64,000 nt of DNA from Leptolyngbyaceae cyanobacterium (GCA_050331235.1 JBHJHA010000039.1:1-64000); one strand, 5' to 3'; shown: positions 1 through 9,405, counted from the first letter of the stretch. Notes: generated by a model not told the origin, from the sequence alone. Numbers and translations are program-made.

Positions 1-1
1 A

Positions 2-877
2 TCCCCCGGCCAGCCCAAATACGTAGCGGTTTATCCCAAATCGACCTTTACCTAAAATATTCGCGTCATTCTACTGCAGGCCCCTTGGGTTGACTAACAA
101 GAAGCCGCCGCCGCCGAACAGTTTTTAGACTTTTTGCAGCAGCCCGAAACCCAGTCGCTGGCTACTGATTTGGGATTGCGCCCCGGTACTCCCGGCGTGA
201 CTTTGAGCAATAAGTTTTCCCCTGAATTTGGGGTTGATCCCAATGCGAGCTACGACTCCTATCGCCCCCCTCAACCCGACGTCGTCGAAGCCATGCTCAC
301 AACCTGGGCGGAGTTTGCTAAAAAGCCTTCGTTAGTGGTCATTGTGGTGGACTCCTCTGGCTCGATGGAAGGCGATAAGCTGCCAGCGGTACAGAGCACG
401 TTGCAAACGTATATCAACTCTTTGGGCCCCAAAGATCAGGTGGCGCTGGTGGATTTTGACGAAGAAATTCGCGCGCCGGTGCCGGTCGATGGCTCACCGG
501 AGGGGCAACAGCGAGGATTTGATTTCATTAACAGTCTGGAGGCCCGGGGCGGTACTCGGCTGTATGACGCTTCGCTGGATGCGCGCAACTGGCTTCAAAC
601 TAATCTGCGTTCAGACGCCATTAATGCTGTACTGGTGCTGACTGATGGTGACGACTCAGGGTCCCTCGTCTCGCTGGATAATCTGATTACGGATTTGAAC
701 CAGTCTGACTTTTCAACCGACGAGCGGATTGCCTTTTTCACAATTGGATACGGCGAAGAGGGAGAGTTCAACCCGGATGTCTTGACGCAAATTGCTGAGG
801 AAACGGGAGGCTACTACGCTAAAGGCGATCCCGATACGATCGCCCGACTGATGCAAGACATTCAACTGGAATTTTAA
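2..877 (+). CDS. Solute-binding-protein/vWA domain protein (5'-truncated by the window edge; two in-frame TAA codons at 53-55 and 95-97)
   Basis: C-terminal vWA domain with MIDAS motif VVDSSGSM, GGTRLYD and VLTDG. The frame extends upstream of the ORF call (SPGQPKYVAVYPKSTFT*NIRVILLQAPWVD*QEAAAAEQFLDFL) and resembles the C-terminal lobe of an SBP domain. Confidence 0.8.
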
Positions 878-890
878 CGGGGAGTCCCTT

Positions 891-1619
891 GTGAAACTTG
901 CGAATCCTCTCGCGTATCCGTTAGCGGTATTGGCCGGTAGTCTCTTTTTGGTGGCAGGCGTGCGACTCATCAGGCTACCGAGTTTCATTGCCTTACCCGG
1001 CGCAGCCGCGATCGCCACCGTGGGGGCAAGCTGGCTCAAAAGCCGCGAGCCCGAGTCCCTCGGACTCGACAATCCTGTTTTGGAAACTGAGCTGCTTCAG
1101 GCCAAAGAACGCGCTCTGCAGTTGGCAGCCCAGGCCAACAGTTTACAGGCGGAGTCAGTCAACTTGCTGACGGATGCCAGTCAGGTAGAACTGTTGGGCA
1201 TTGTGCAATATGCCTGCGATCGCACCCGCGAACTCCCGGCCCAAATTGATGCGATGATCGATCAACTGCACCGGCGTGGCTCACTCCTGTCGATTGAAAA
1301 GTTAGAGCAGCAGCTTCGAGAGGCCCAGCACAAGCTGCGCACCAGCTCTGGCGCAGCTAACGAACAGTGGCAGCGGCTGATTACCGGCCTAGAGCGCAAC
1401 ATTAACCTGGCTAAACAGGGACAAGATGCCTGGGAGGCGCAGGTCGTTAACCTATCGACGCTAATTGTAGAGGCGGGTGGCGTGCTCCAGCAGTTACAAA
1501 ACAAACTGCGATCGGCCGATTTGAACAGTACGCAACAAACTGACGAACTGCGGGACTTAGGACTGGAGCTAAACAACATGCAGGAAGGCATGAAGGTACT
1601 GATCACAGCGCAATCATGA
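891..1619 (+). CDS. Membrane-anchored coiled-coil hypothetical protein
   Basis: 242 aa with two N-terminal hydrophobic helices followed by Q/L/E-rich heptads. Starts 13 bp after the vWA gene, with GGAG upstream of GTG. Confidence 0.75.
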   Translation: MKLANPLAYPLAVLAGSLFLVAGVRLIRLPSFIALPGAAAIATVGASWLKSREPESLGLDNPVLETELLQAKERALQLAAQANSLQAESVNLLTDASQVELLGIVQYACDRTRELPAQIDAMIDQLHRRGSLLSIEKLEQQLREAQHKLRTSSGAANEQWQRLITGLERNINLAKQGQDAWEAQVVNLSTLIVEAGGVLQQLQNKLRSADLNSTQQTDELRDLGLELNNMQEGMKVLITAQS

Positions 1620-1669
1620 CGGGTTGCTAGTAATGACTGCGCCAAGCCTATTTTGCGGAGATATCACAG

Positions 1670-2770
1670 ATGACCTCAACCACTCGCATAGCCGCTTCTT
1701 CTGGGATTGCGATCGCGGCCTTGGCCCTTGCCTATGCGCCACTGCCCGGAGTTACTCAGACGTTGACGGTGGTCAGCGGGTCAGAACTGCAGGCCCCGCT
1801 TGCAGTCATCGAACAGCAGTTTGAGGCGACCAACCCCAACATCGATCTACAGATCGAAATTCAGGGTTCTCAGGACATCGTCAATAACTATGTAGATGAC
1901 CAAAATGATTTCACGCCGACGGTATTGATTCCGGCGAACGGGCAGTTACTGACGGAGCTGGAGGAGCGCTGGCAAGCGCAATATGGTGATACTCCTTTTC
2001 ACAGCGCCCCACAGCCTGTCGCTAAGACCATGTTAGTCGCGGTCGTCTGGCCCGAACGTGGTCAAGCCTTGTTCCCGAACAACCAGTTTCAGTGGTCGCA
2101 GGTCGAAACTGCGATCGCCCAGGGAGCTTGGGCAGAGATTGGCGGCAATCCAGAATGGGGCAGCTTTGATTTTGTTACTACTGACCCTGAACGCTCTAAT
2201 AGCGGCCAGTTAACCTTGGCTCTGTGGGCTCAAGAAACATTAGGCTCGCCGCTTAGTGCGACCAATCTCAACACCCCCGCCGTCACGGATTTGTTTAAGC
2301 AGGTAAAACAGTCGGTCTACCTGCCCCCCCGTTCCACTGACATCCTGCTGCAGGAGTTCATTACCCGGGGACCCAACGACGCCGATATGGCCATTGTTTA
2401 CGAAAGTATTGCGCTGTTTCGGTGGCAGCAGGCGCAGCAGAGCCAGGGCAAGCCCTACCAAATTTTTTATCTCGACCCGACGATTGAAACCGTCTCTACG
2501 GCGGCGATCGCAACCCGCGATGTCACTCGTCGCAAGGCCAGTCTCGGGCAGGATTTCATTGACTTTTTACTCGCTCCGGAGCAACAGTCTATTTTCGTAC
2601 AACATGGGTTTCGGCCCGTCAACCCCGATGTGGCGATCGCCGATGTGGCCAACAGCCCGTGGCAACAAAATATTCCCGGCGTGGAAACTACGCCAACGGT
2701 TCAGGCAATTGAGCCTCCAGAGCGAACACTGATTACAGAAGTAATCCGATTGTGGCAGCGAGCCAACTAG
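1670..2770 (+). CDS. Extracellular solute-binding protein (periplasmic-binding-protein type II)
   Basis: Signal peptide; motifs VSGSEL, GSQDIVN, TDPERSNSG, VYESIA and GFRP; GGAG RBS upstream. Confidence 0.85.
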   Translation: MTSTTRIAASSGIAIAALALAYAPLPGVTQTLTVVSGSELQAPLAVIEQQFEATNPNIDLQIEIQGSQDIVNNYVDDQNDFTPTVLIPANGQLLTELEERWQAQYGDTPFHSAPQPVAKTMLVAVVWPERGQALFPNNQFQWSQVETAIAQGAWAEIGGNPEWGSFDFVTTDPERSNSGQLTLALWAQETLGSPLSATNLNTPAVTDLFKQVKQSVYLPPRSTDILLQEFITRGPNDADMAIVYESIALFRWQQAQQSQGKPYQIFYLDPTIETVSTAAIATRDVTRRKASLGQDFIDFLLAPEQQSIFVQHGFRPVNPDVAIADVANSPWQQNIPGVETTPTVQAIEPPERTLITEVIRLWQRAN

Positions 2771-2829
2771 CCCTATCTTCCTGCGCGATTTAAACACTTG
2801 CTCGACGCTTCCAAGCGTTACCGAGTTGG

Positions 2830-3249
2830 CTAGCGAAACTCGCCTCCAAAGCCAATTGACGTTTTGCCCATGGCCTCATAGACCGTAATCCCCAAGGGGA
2901 GGTCGATGTTGCCGTCTTCATCAATGAACTGCTCGATAAAGCTGAGATCAACTAAATCTCCGATGTCAGGGGTTTCTGTCGATTCACTGGCCTGCTGCTC
3001 CCCATTGATTTCCCGGGCGACGGCGTGAAGCATTTCCGGCCGATAGGTCGCTTCCGGTTTGAGGGTCGCCGTAACGACACCGGCTGCTTTGAGCTGGTCA
3101 GGCATGGTCTCTATCGACGCCCCGGCAGAGTCAAGCGGCATCAGATCGGCCGCAGTCCCAGCTGCTTGGGCCTGGGCTGACACCCCCATGACTGAGAGAG
3201 AGACCGTCGACCCGACCGTGAGCATGGCCACTTTTTTGCGAGAGTTCAT
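2830..3249 (-). CDS. Secreted acidic hypothetical protein
   Basis: 139 aa with a signal-peptide-like N-terminus (MNSRKK-hydrophobic-AQAQA) and an ATG start. Confidence 0.65.
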   Translation of the reverse strand: MNSRKKVAMLTVGSTVSLSVMGVSAQAQAAGTAADLMPLDSAGASIETMPDQLKAAGVVTATLKPEATYRPEMLHAVAREINGEQQASESTETPDIGDLVDLSFIEQFIDEDGNIDLPLGITVYEAMGKTSIGFGGEFR

Positions 3250-3568
3250 ATGGTTCAGGGAGCCCCATGAATGGTGAGCCGGCTGATTACTGTCTTACCA
3301 GGCATTTATCAGTTTGCTGGGGGACACTAATGCAATCGGCACTTACCCTTCCGCCCCTACTCATCGGAATCGGGAAAAAAGCCACAAAATTTGCAAAACT
3401 CCGAGAACTGGGTCGTTATCCCGCTCAAGTCGGCGATGGGCTGGTCAAAGCGCACAGTTCCTCAGTGCCTATTCACAACAATCCCAATCTGTAACGAAGG
3501 GCTGTGACAGCTGAGAGGAAATCTATCGTTCACTTTAAAAAACGAGTCGCCTGCAAATCTAAAGATCT

Positions 3569-3604
3569 AAAAAGCAGCGCCTCCCTAAGTTTAGAAACGC
3601 TGCT
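3569..3604 (-). terminator. Probable intrinsic terminator of psbK
   Basis: Minus strand reads AGCAGCG...CGCTGCT stem followed by a T-tract, about 55 bp downstream of the psbK stop. Confidence 0.55.
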
Positions 3605-3658
3605 AATCAAATCCTGAAAATTTGCCAGCCGTACTCAAATCAGTTGGCGGCCAAGGGC

Positions 3659-3796
3659 TTATCTAAAACCCACAGCTGCCTGCCAAACAAACGCCAGCAA
3701 TAAAAAGAAAACCGGAATCACAGGCAATACATCCACGAGGGGATCAAACAGTGAGTAAGCTTCGGGCAGTTTGGCGAGCAGCAAAACAGCTTCCAT
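3659..3796 (-). CDS. psbK: Photosystem II reaction center protein K
   Basis: [45 protein letters not shown] is the characteristic 45-aa PsbK. The start is the ATG at 3796 (GAGG upstream), not the longer ORF call. Confidence 0.98.
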   Translation of the reverse strand: MEAVLLLAKLPEAYSLFDPLVDVLPVIPVFFLLLAFVWQAAVGFR

Positions 3797-4599
3797 GGGC
3801 GTTATAACCTCTTCAACACAGTTCTCATAATTGGTACAGATTTTAACATGGTAGAACGCCGTACAAACACAAATCATTAAACCGCTAGCCCTACCGTGAG
3901 CTGCGGCTTTCAGTGGCCTAAGCCAGATCCACATGGCACACCTAAGCACGGTTTGGGAGCCATCAGCCGCCGCCATTGATGCAGCCAACAGTCTAACTGT
4001 CAACGCTAAAAGGCACCTGACAAACTGGTGAGCAAAGCGATATCGGAAAGCGAACCCGCCCCCCATAGATTCGCTTCATGTCATGGCACAGTGGCCTGTC
4101 TTCTCATTGCTAGAAATTAGTTTGGGTTATCCTTAACAGCTTCACTCCGCTCATCAACCACTTCAAATTGACCAGTTTATATATGGTGCGAATGTGCCAT
4201 TCTCCGTTGGTGGCCTGTCGTGACGGGCTGATGCTCCACTATCTGCAGACTTGTGATCGCCGCTCACGATCGCTATATCCTAGGTCTTTAAATGTCTAGC
4301 GCTGCTGCCTAGAGATCCAGTATGCCTGAGCCGCGATTGACGTCAGTTGCAACTTTGATGATCTCTACTGCCAGTTAAAAAGTAGCAATTTCCCTTGGTT
4401 TTGAATAGCGTTGAGATGGCTTCAAATTGGGATCCAGAAAATACTTTCGAGGGAGATAAACATTTCTATCAAATCTGCTTGGCAAGGATGATTTTTGTCG
4501 CTGAGTGTGAGGTTATATGTATCCCCTTCGCGATCGCGGAGCAATCACTGCAAAATGGCCGATAGGCCAGTCCTCTATTGAACGCTTGGGGCTCCATGC

Positions 4600-5268
4600 A
4601 TGGTTGCTTTTTATCATTCCTCGACTGCAGTTTTAGAGACCGATACGGAATCTAAAATTTTACAGGCGGCACAACGACTCTTTGCCCGTAAAGGCTACGG
4701 GGGCACAACGACGCGGGACTTGGCCCAGGCTGCTGGCGTTGCTGAAGGGACATTGTTTCGGCACTTTGAGAGCAAAAAGGCCATTCTCATCCAGGTGGCG
4801 ACCGACGGTTGGACGGAGCTGCTCACTGACCTACTGACCGAGCTCAGCGAGATGGCTAGCTACAAGGCCATTGATCAGGTCATGCGGCACCGCATGGTAG
4901 ACATGCCCCGCAACACGGATCTGATGCGGGTGTGCTTTATGGAAGCTCAGTTGCATCCCGAATTGCAGGGCAACGTACAGGGCGAAATCATGGCGAAAAT
5001 GATTGATGTCACCGAAGCTTTTTTTCAGACGGCCATTGATCGAGGCGTTTATCGGTCCGTAGATCCCAAGGTTTTAGCGCACATTTTTCTCGGCATGTTT
5101 GCGATCGCCGGGTTTAGTCCGGTTGCCTTGGGTGAGCAAGCGGCATCTTCTACGACCATGTCCGCCCTAGCTGAGGGGTTGGCGGATGTTTTTCTCAATG
5201 GTGTTTTGCAAGAGCGCGATATTGATGTCCCCCGAGCCATGGTCGCTGCTGGTGCCTTCAGTGAGTAG
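4600..5268 (+). CDS. TetR/AcrR family transcriptional regulator
   Basis: N-terminal HTH: ILQAAQRLFARKGYGGTTTRDLAQAAGVAEGTLFRHF. Confidence 0.93.
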   Translation: MVAFYHSSTAVLETDTESKILQAAQRLFARKGYGGTTTRDLAQAAGVAEGTLFRHFESKKAILIQVATDGWTELLTDLLTELSEMASYKAIDQVMRHRMVDMPRNTDLMRVCFMEAQLHPELQGNVQGEIMAKMIDVTEAFFQTAIDRGVYRSVDPKVLAHIFLGMFAIAGFSPVALGEQAASSTTMSALAEGLADVFLNGVLQERDIDVPRAMVAAGAFSE

Positions 5269-5358
5269 ATGCAGCACTTCGCGCTTAGGCAAGCAAGTTT
5301 CCCAAGGGGCAAGCTTGACAGTAATGCCTGAGGGTGGAAGTTAGCTGGCAGACTGAGT

Positions 5359-6330
5359 TCAGGTGGATCTCGGCAGGCCTGGACGATCGCTCAACACGGC
5401 TTGGACCTGTGACCAGAGCTGTCCATCGGACTGATACAGCCCTAGCGCCTGGAGGGCATCGGTCGCATCCCGTGGGGAGCCCTCAGCCAGCAATTGCAAT
5501 AGCCACTGAATAGCCTCATCTCGGCGCAGCATGGCAATCGCCAGCAGTCCGGTTTGTCGCAGATCAGGATGGCTCGTTTGCTGCCACCAGGTTTGCAATA
5601 TCGGCAACGCCGCAGGCAGGCGCGACTCACCTAGTACCAGCGCGACGATTTCGGCGGTCTCAATCGCCTCATGCCCATCAGCCTCCCGCCTGCCTGCAGC
5701 TAAGAGCTGGGTGACTAGCGGCAGCCCATAGTCAGCGGAAAGCTGGAGTAACGCCGATAAACACTCGCCCAAAACGGTGGGCGTGTCTCCTATGCGCAAG
5801 CGCAAGCGCAGCAGGGCAATGCCCAATGGGTTTTCGCTGTAGGCGATTGCCCGCGCTGCACCAATCCGTGCTTCCACCTCTGGATCGGCCAACAAGTCTG
5901 CCAGCTCCACCATCGCATCAGGATAGTTGGCGCGTACTAAACCCAGGGCACACAGTCCCCGGAGCTTGGGCGCAGTATCCACGACCCCTCCGTAAATGGG
6001 TTCCGGCTGTACACAACGCACCCCCTGGAGAAACAGCTCAATATCTCGATAATCCAAACGATATAGACAGTCAGCAATGGCCGCTTTGCCCCGACAGCCG
6101 GGATCGCGATCCGTGGCTTTTGCCATCAGCCAGTAAAACCGCTCAGCCAGTTGCGGCATGAGGGGACGAATCTCATGTTTGCTGACTAAATTAGCGGCTT
6201 GGGCGATCGCCACCCCATAGCGACTGGCGATCGCTTCTGACAGTATTGCCAAACCTAACTCAGAAGCTGGTTCGGCCCTAATTTGATTGAGCTTGGCCGT
6301 CAACTCTTCAAGCTTTTTTGACTTGGGCAT
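5359..6330 (-). CDS. HEAT-repeat-like helical protein
   Basis: Leu/Ala-rich helical repeats such as LADLLADPEVEARIGAARAIA and LLQLLAEGSPRDATDALQALG. Confidence 0.75.
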   Translation of the reverse strand: MPKSKKLEELTAKLNQIRAEPASELGLAILSEAIASRYGVAIAQAANLVSKHEIRPLMPQLAERFYWLMAKATDRDPGCRGKAAIADCLYRLDYRDIELFLQGVRCVQPEPIYGGVVDTAPKLRGLCALGLVRANYPDAMVELADLLADPEVEARIGAARAIAYSENPLGIALLRLRLRIGDTPTVLGECLSALLQLSADYGLPLVTQLLAAGRREADGHEAIETAEIVALVLGESRLPAALPILQTWWQQTSHPDLRQTGLLAIAMLRRDEAIQWLLQLLAEGSPRDATDALQALGLYQSDGQLWSQVQAVLSDRPGLPRST

Positions 6331-6362
6331 GGGGCACCTTGGGATGGGCGATTGAGAACTGT

Positions 6363-6478
6363 AATACTATTTCTGCGAATCACGACGACACGTAGAGTCT
6401 TCAAAGCCCCTTTTTCAAGGGAGCAGCGACAGCGGGGGATCTTCAAATCTGTAGCGCTATTACAGAGAATTGGTATAA
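6363..6478. repeat. Degenerate cyanobacterial short dispersed repeat / MITE-like element
   Basis: Contains AAGCCCCTTTTTCAAGGGAG...GCGGGGGATCT and ends in GAATTGGTATA, weakly complementary to AATACTATTTC at the left end. Resembles cyanobacterial dispersed repeats from recall only. Confidence 0.3.
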
Positions 6479-6614
6479 CGGGTTGAACCCCTCGTGGGGC
6501 AATAGGTCTCTAGAGCTCCCTGCGCACCTGACTGACCCGCGATCGTCATGATCAGAATGGTCCTAGCAGCGAGATTACCTGCTCGGACAGATCAACTGCC
6601 ACCGCCACCGCCTT

Positions 6615-6775
6615 CCTGTAATGCCGCGTCTCAGATGTTTTGATCAGACGTAGATGCGTCGAGATATCGCTGTCATCGGTTGGCAACGTCATCAAACAAT
6701 GTAAATGATCCGGCAGCAGCACAAATGCATCGAGCAGAAACGGGCGATTTTGCCGCACTTGAGCGCGCGATGCGT
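6615..6775 (-). pseudogene. Internal fragment of a REP-associated tyrosine transposase (RAYT)
   Basis: RPFLLDAFVLLPDHLHCLMTLPTDDSDISTHLRLIKTS carries the RAYT HUH motif (PDHLH). The N-terminal YFFT segment and the C-terminal WQ..Y..NP segment are absent. Confidence 0.75.
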
Positions 6776-6925
6776 TAGGCATGACTGGCAGATCGCGTCG
6801 TTGCCCTTGAGCATGCCTGGTTGTTGAGAGAAGGGCGATCGCGGTGTCACCGATCGAATCGTGGGCGTTTGCTTTTCGCAACATACCTTACGAGGATTGG
6901 GGTGTGGAGAGGGGGTGCTGTTACC

Positions 6926-7693
6926 ATGTCTCGCCCATTGCGTGAATTGAAGCCCGACTATTGCTATCACATCACGACTCGCTGCAATAATCGCGACTTT
7001 CGGCTGACGCGCTTTGAATGCAAGGAAATGTTGCTGTATGCCATTAAGCAGTGCCAAGCGAAATATGGCTTCAAGCTTTATGCGCTGTGCATTATGAGTA
7101 ATCACGTGCATTATTTGCTGGAGCCACAGCAGCCCGAAGAGTTACACCAAATCATGCACTGGCTCAACTGGTTTACCGCCATGAGCTATAACCAAATGCT
7201 GAATCGCACCGGCCACTTTTGGGAAAAGCGCTATCACAGCACCGGTTTTCCCAACTCCGACACGCGGCGAGCGCTGAACACGCTACGCTACATTCACGCG
7301 AATCCCAAAGCGGCTAACATGCAGCCGGGATTTTTCTACGACTTTAGCAATTACGGCACCTATGACCGCTTGACGCAAGATGGCTTGACCCAGTGGCATC
7401 CAGCCTTTTTGATGTTGGGCACAACGCTCAATTTGTGTGTACAGGCTTATCGCAAGCTGTGTAAAAAATATAAGCCCAAACCTAAGCCCGAACGCCAGCG
7501 ACGCTGGGGTAGCCAAAAGCTGGCCGCCCTGCGGCAACGAATGAAGGTCAAAAAAGTCAGCCCCGGCCAAAAAAGCCTGTGGGAGGCGTGGGAGTTGCCG
7601 ATAGATGAGATTGAGGCAGTAGCGAAAAAATTTGTGTTGGCAAACTGCCTGAACCCCGAAATTGCCGCGTTGCAGTTTGCCGATACGACATAG
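6926..7693 (+). mobile_element. Y1 HUH tyrosine transposase (IS200/RAYT superfamily)
   Basis: YHITTRCNN, YALCIMSNHVH (HUH), GHFWEKRY and catalytic YIHANP; ATG start at 6926. Confidence 0.88.
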
Positions 7694-7781
7694 CGATGGT
7701 GCCAGGCAACAGATCGCCAAAACACCCATTTTCCCGTGTGGAGACGGTCGGCAATAAGACTTTTAAATCGGGCTGTAGCGC

Positions 7782-8768
7782 TTATCTGTTACAGTTTACA
7801 AGTCTGGATGCGAGAGAAGAAAACTCCAACAAATCGAAACATCGAAACATGGAAATTCGCCAATCGAAACATGGAAATTCGCCGGGGGAGGAAATAAAGA
7901 GGTTGGCTTTAAGCTCGCTGTACCTCAAGTACTTTCCTTTCTTATCTTTCCAGCCTACTTTGAGGCAAAACTGATCCCAGTCTTTGTCATAGTCTGTTGG
8001 GCTGCCGCACTGCTGCCAGATATCTTTTTGCACGCTAAAGCCAAACTTGCCACCGCTATGAGTCGTCCACAGCGCATCAATCGTTTTTAGGTCTGCACAG
8101 GGAAAGGTCTGAAACTCTTCCGCCCGAATCCAGTCATCTTCGTTACGACCTACCGCTTCTAACATGCGGTGCCAGGTTTCTTGATCAGCCTCTCGCCACT
8201 TGCTATCTTGCAGCAGCGCTTGCAGTCGCGCGTAGTCAATTCCCTTCTCCGACTTCAACTCAACCTCTTCTTTGTGGGGCGTCGGAGTAGGACGCGGCGG
8301 CGACTGTGCGACCGTTTGAGTATCTATGATCTGCGCTGTTTTCGCAGGTTTCTGAGGCTTGACGCGTGTAATACCCCAGACGAGTTGCGCCGTTGGGTCG
8401 AGATTTTTTCTCCGAAAGTCAACATAATGACGGCTTCTGAGAAAGATCGGCAAACGTGGCTGTTGAGGCGCATCTGGTAGCAAAACCGGAATCACCGGGC
8501 ATTTACGCCGTATGAATTCCTGCAGAAAAGCATAGATTTCTTCGCTTTGCCAGGGACCGAGTCCTTTCTGGCCTACAAAGACGGCAGCCGCGTCGATGCT
8601 CTCAATTTGTTGCTCTAAGGCAAACTGCCAAATGGCTCCAGGAGGCAACTCCCATTCATCGAGCCAAGGTCTCAAACCTCTATGCTGAAGCTGTTGAGCG
8701 ATTTCGATGACGGCGGGTTTGTCTTCGTTGTTGTGACACAAAAACACATCGAATTGCTGATCCGCCAT
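7782..8768 (-). CDS. TIR domain - GUN4 domain fusion protein
   Basis: N-terminal TIR (FDVFLCHNNEDK, WLDEWEL, GPWQSEEI, IPVLLP), a Pro/Thr linker, then GUN4 (DYARLQALL..WREADQET, FPCADLKTIDALW..SGGKFGFSVQKDIW, VGW). Confidence 0.9.
   Translation of the reverse strand: MADQQFDVFLCHNNEDKPAVIEIAQQLQHRGLRPWLDEWELPPGAIWQFALEQQIESIDAAAVFVGQKGLGPWQSEEIYAFLQEFIRRKCPVIPVLLPDAPQQPRLPIFLRSRHYVDFRRKNLDPTAQLVWGITRVKPQKPAKTAQIIDTQTVAQSPPRPTPTPHKEEVELKSEKGIDYARLQALLQDSKWREADQETWHRMLEAVGRNEDDWIRAEEFQTFPCADLKTIDALWTTHSGGKFGFSVQKDIWQQCGSPTDYDKDWDQFCLKVGWKDKKGKYLRYSELKANLFISSPGEFPCFDWRISMFRCFDLLEFSSLASRLVNCNR
7833..7883. repeat. Nested tandem duplication inside the GUN4 C-terminal coding region
   Basis: ATCGAAACATGGAAATTCGCC at 7841-7861 and 7863-7883 (22-bp period), plus a partial ATCGAAAC copy at 7833-7840. 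Confidence 0.9.
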
Positions 8769-8864
8769 TGCCCAACCGCTAGAGGTATACGAGGTTTTTC
8801 CTGCTTCAAATTTTACTGTTTTTGTACAGTATGGTCAGCTTTAGATAGCTTTACCCGCAATCAA

Positions 8865-9059
8865 CTAAGCATATAACGGTCTTTCTTTGGCCAGCTGACT
8901 GACATTCAGCACCGAAAATCCTAGGATGTTGCCTTGCGCATCAACCCGCTCCATGATGGCGTCGTTCTCAGTTTCACGCATGAATCCAGCAGCGTCAGAA
9001 AACAGCACCTCTAAAAAGTCGGCTTCGGCATCAAACCAAATTTTTACGGATTGGGCCAT
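8865..9059 (-). CDS. DUF2283-like small protein (putative antitoxin)
   Basis: 64 aa; IWFDAEADFLEV...VDAQGNILGFSVLN matches the DUF2283 pattern. Overlaps the upstream gene by 16 bp. Confidence 0.8.
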   Translation of the reverse strand: MAQSVKIWFDAEADFLEVLFSDAAGFMRETENDAIMERVDAQGNILGFSVLNVSQLAKERPLYA

Positions 9060-9355
9060 ATGGGTTCTCCCGGTTTGAGCTTGCCTGTCAGGTAAGCAGT
9101 GATCACAAAAGCATCTGATTCAAGATACTTCACCACAACACAAAGCCATTTATCGCCAACCCGAGTTGCTTCTCGATAGAGATAGTAAAGATAGACGGCG
9201 GTATCACTTCGAAACCGCTTCACCACCTCTGGATTGATCAGCGCTGTCGGAATTGCTTGCTCCATGCTATCCATTTCAGGATGCTCAAGAATGTGCTGTA
9301 ACCTTTCGTTGGCAAGCCGAATTTGGCGACCCTGATAATCGACAAAACGCTTCAT
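9044..9355 (-). CDS. RelE-superfamily / DUF4258-like putative ribonuclease toxin
   Basis: 103 aa; ERLQHILEHPEM...WLCVVVKY...FVITAYLT is typical of nucleases paired with DUF2283. Confidence 0.65.
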   Translation of the reverse strand: MKRFVDYQGRQIRLANERLQHILEHPEMDSMEQAIPTALINPEVVKRFRSDTAVYLYYLYREATRVGDKWLCVVVKYLESDAFVITAYLTGKLKPGEPIWPNP

Positions 9356-9405
9356 GATGAACGGATGAATGGGCTGCTCAGCTTTGCTTGATGACTAAAC
9401 CCACA

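Noticed and set aside
3797..4066. N-terminal extension of PsbK in the 135-aa ORF call
   Set aside because: PsbK similarity starts at the ATG at 3796, which has its own RBS. The extension is probably untranslated.
6552..6884. Intact 110-aa transposase
   Set aside because: Only about 50 central residues look like a RAYT, and the catalytic Tyr region is missing.
7782..7900. Complete diversity-generating retroelement targeting TIR-GUN4
   Set aside because: No reverse transcriptase, Avd or template repeat is visible in the window. The pattern seen is tandem duplication rather than adenine-specific substitution.
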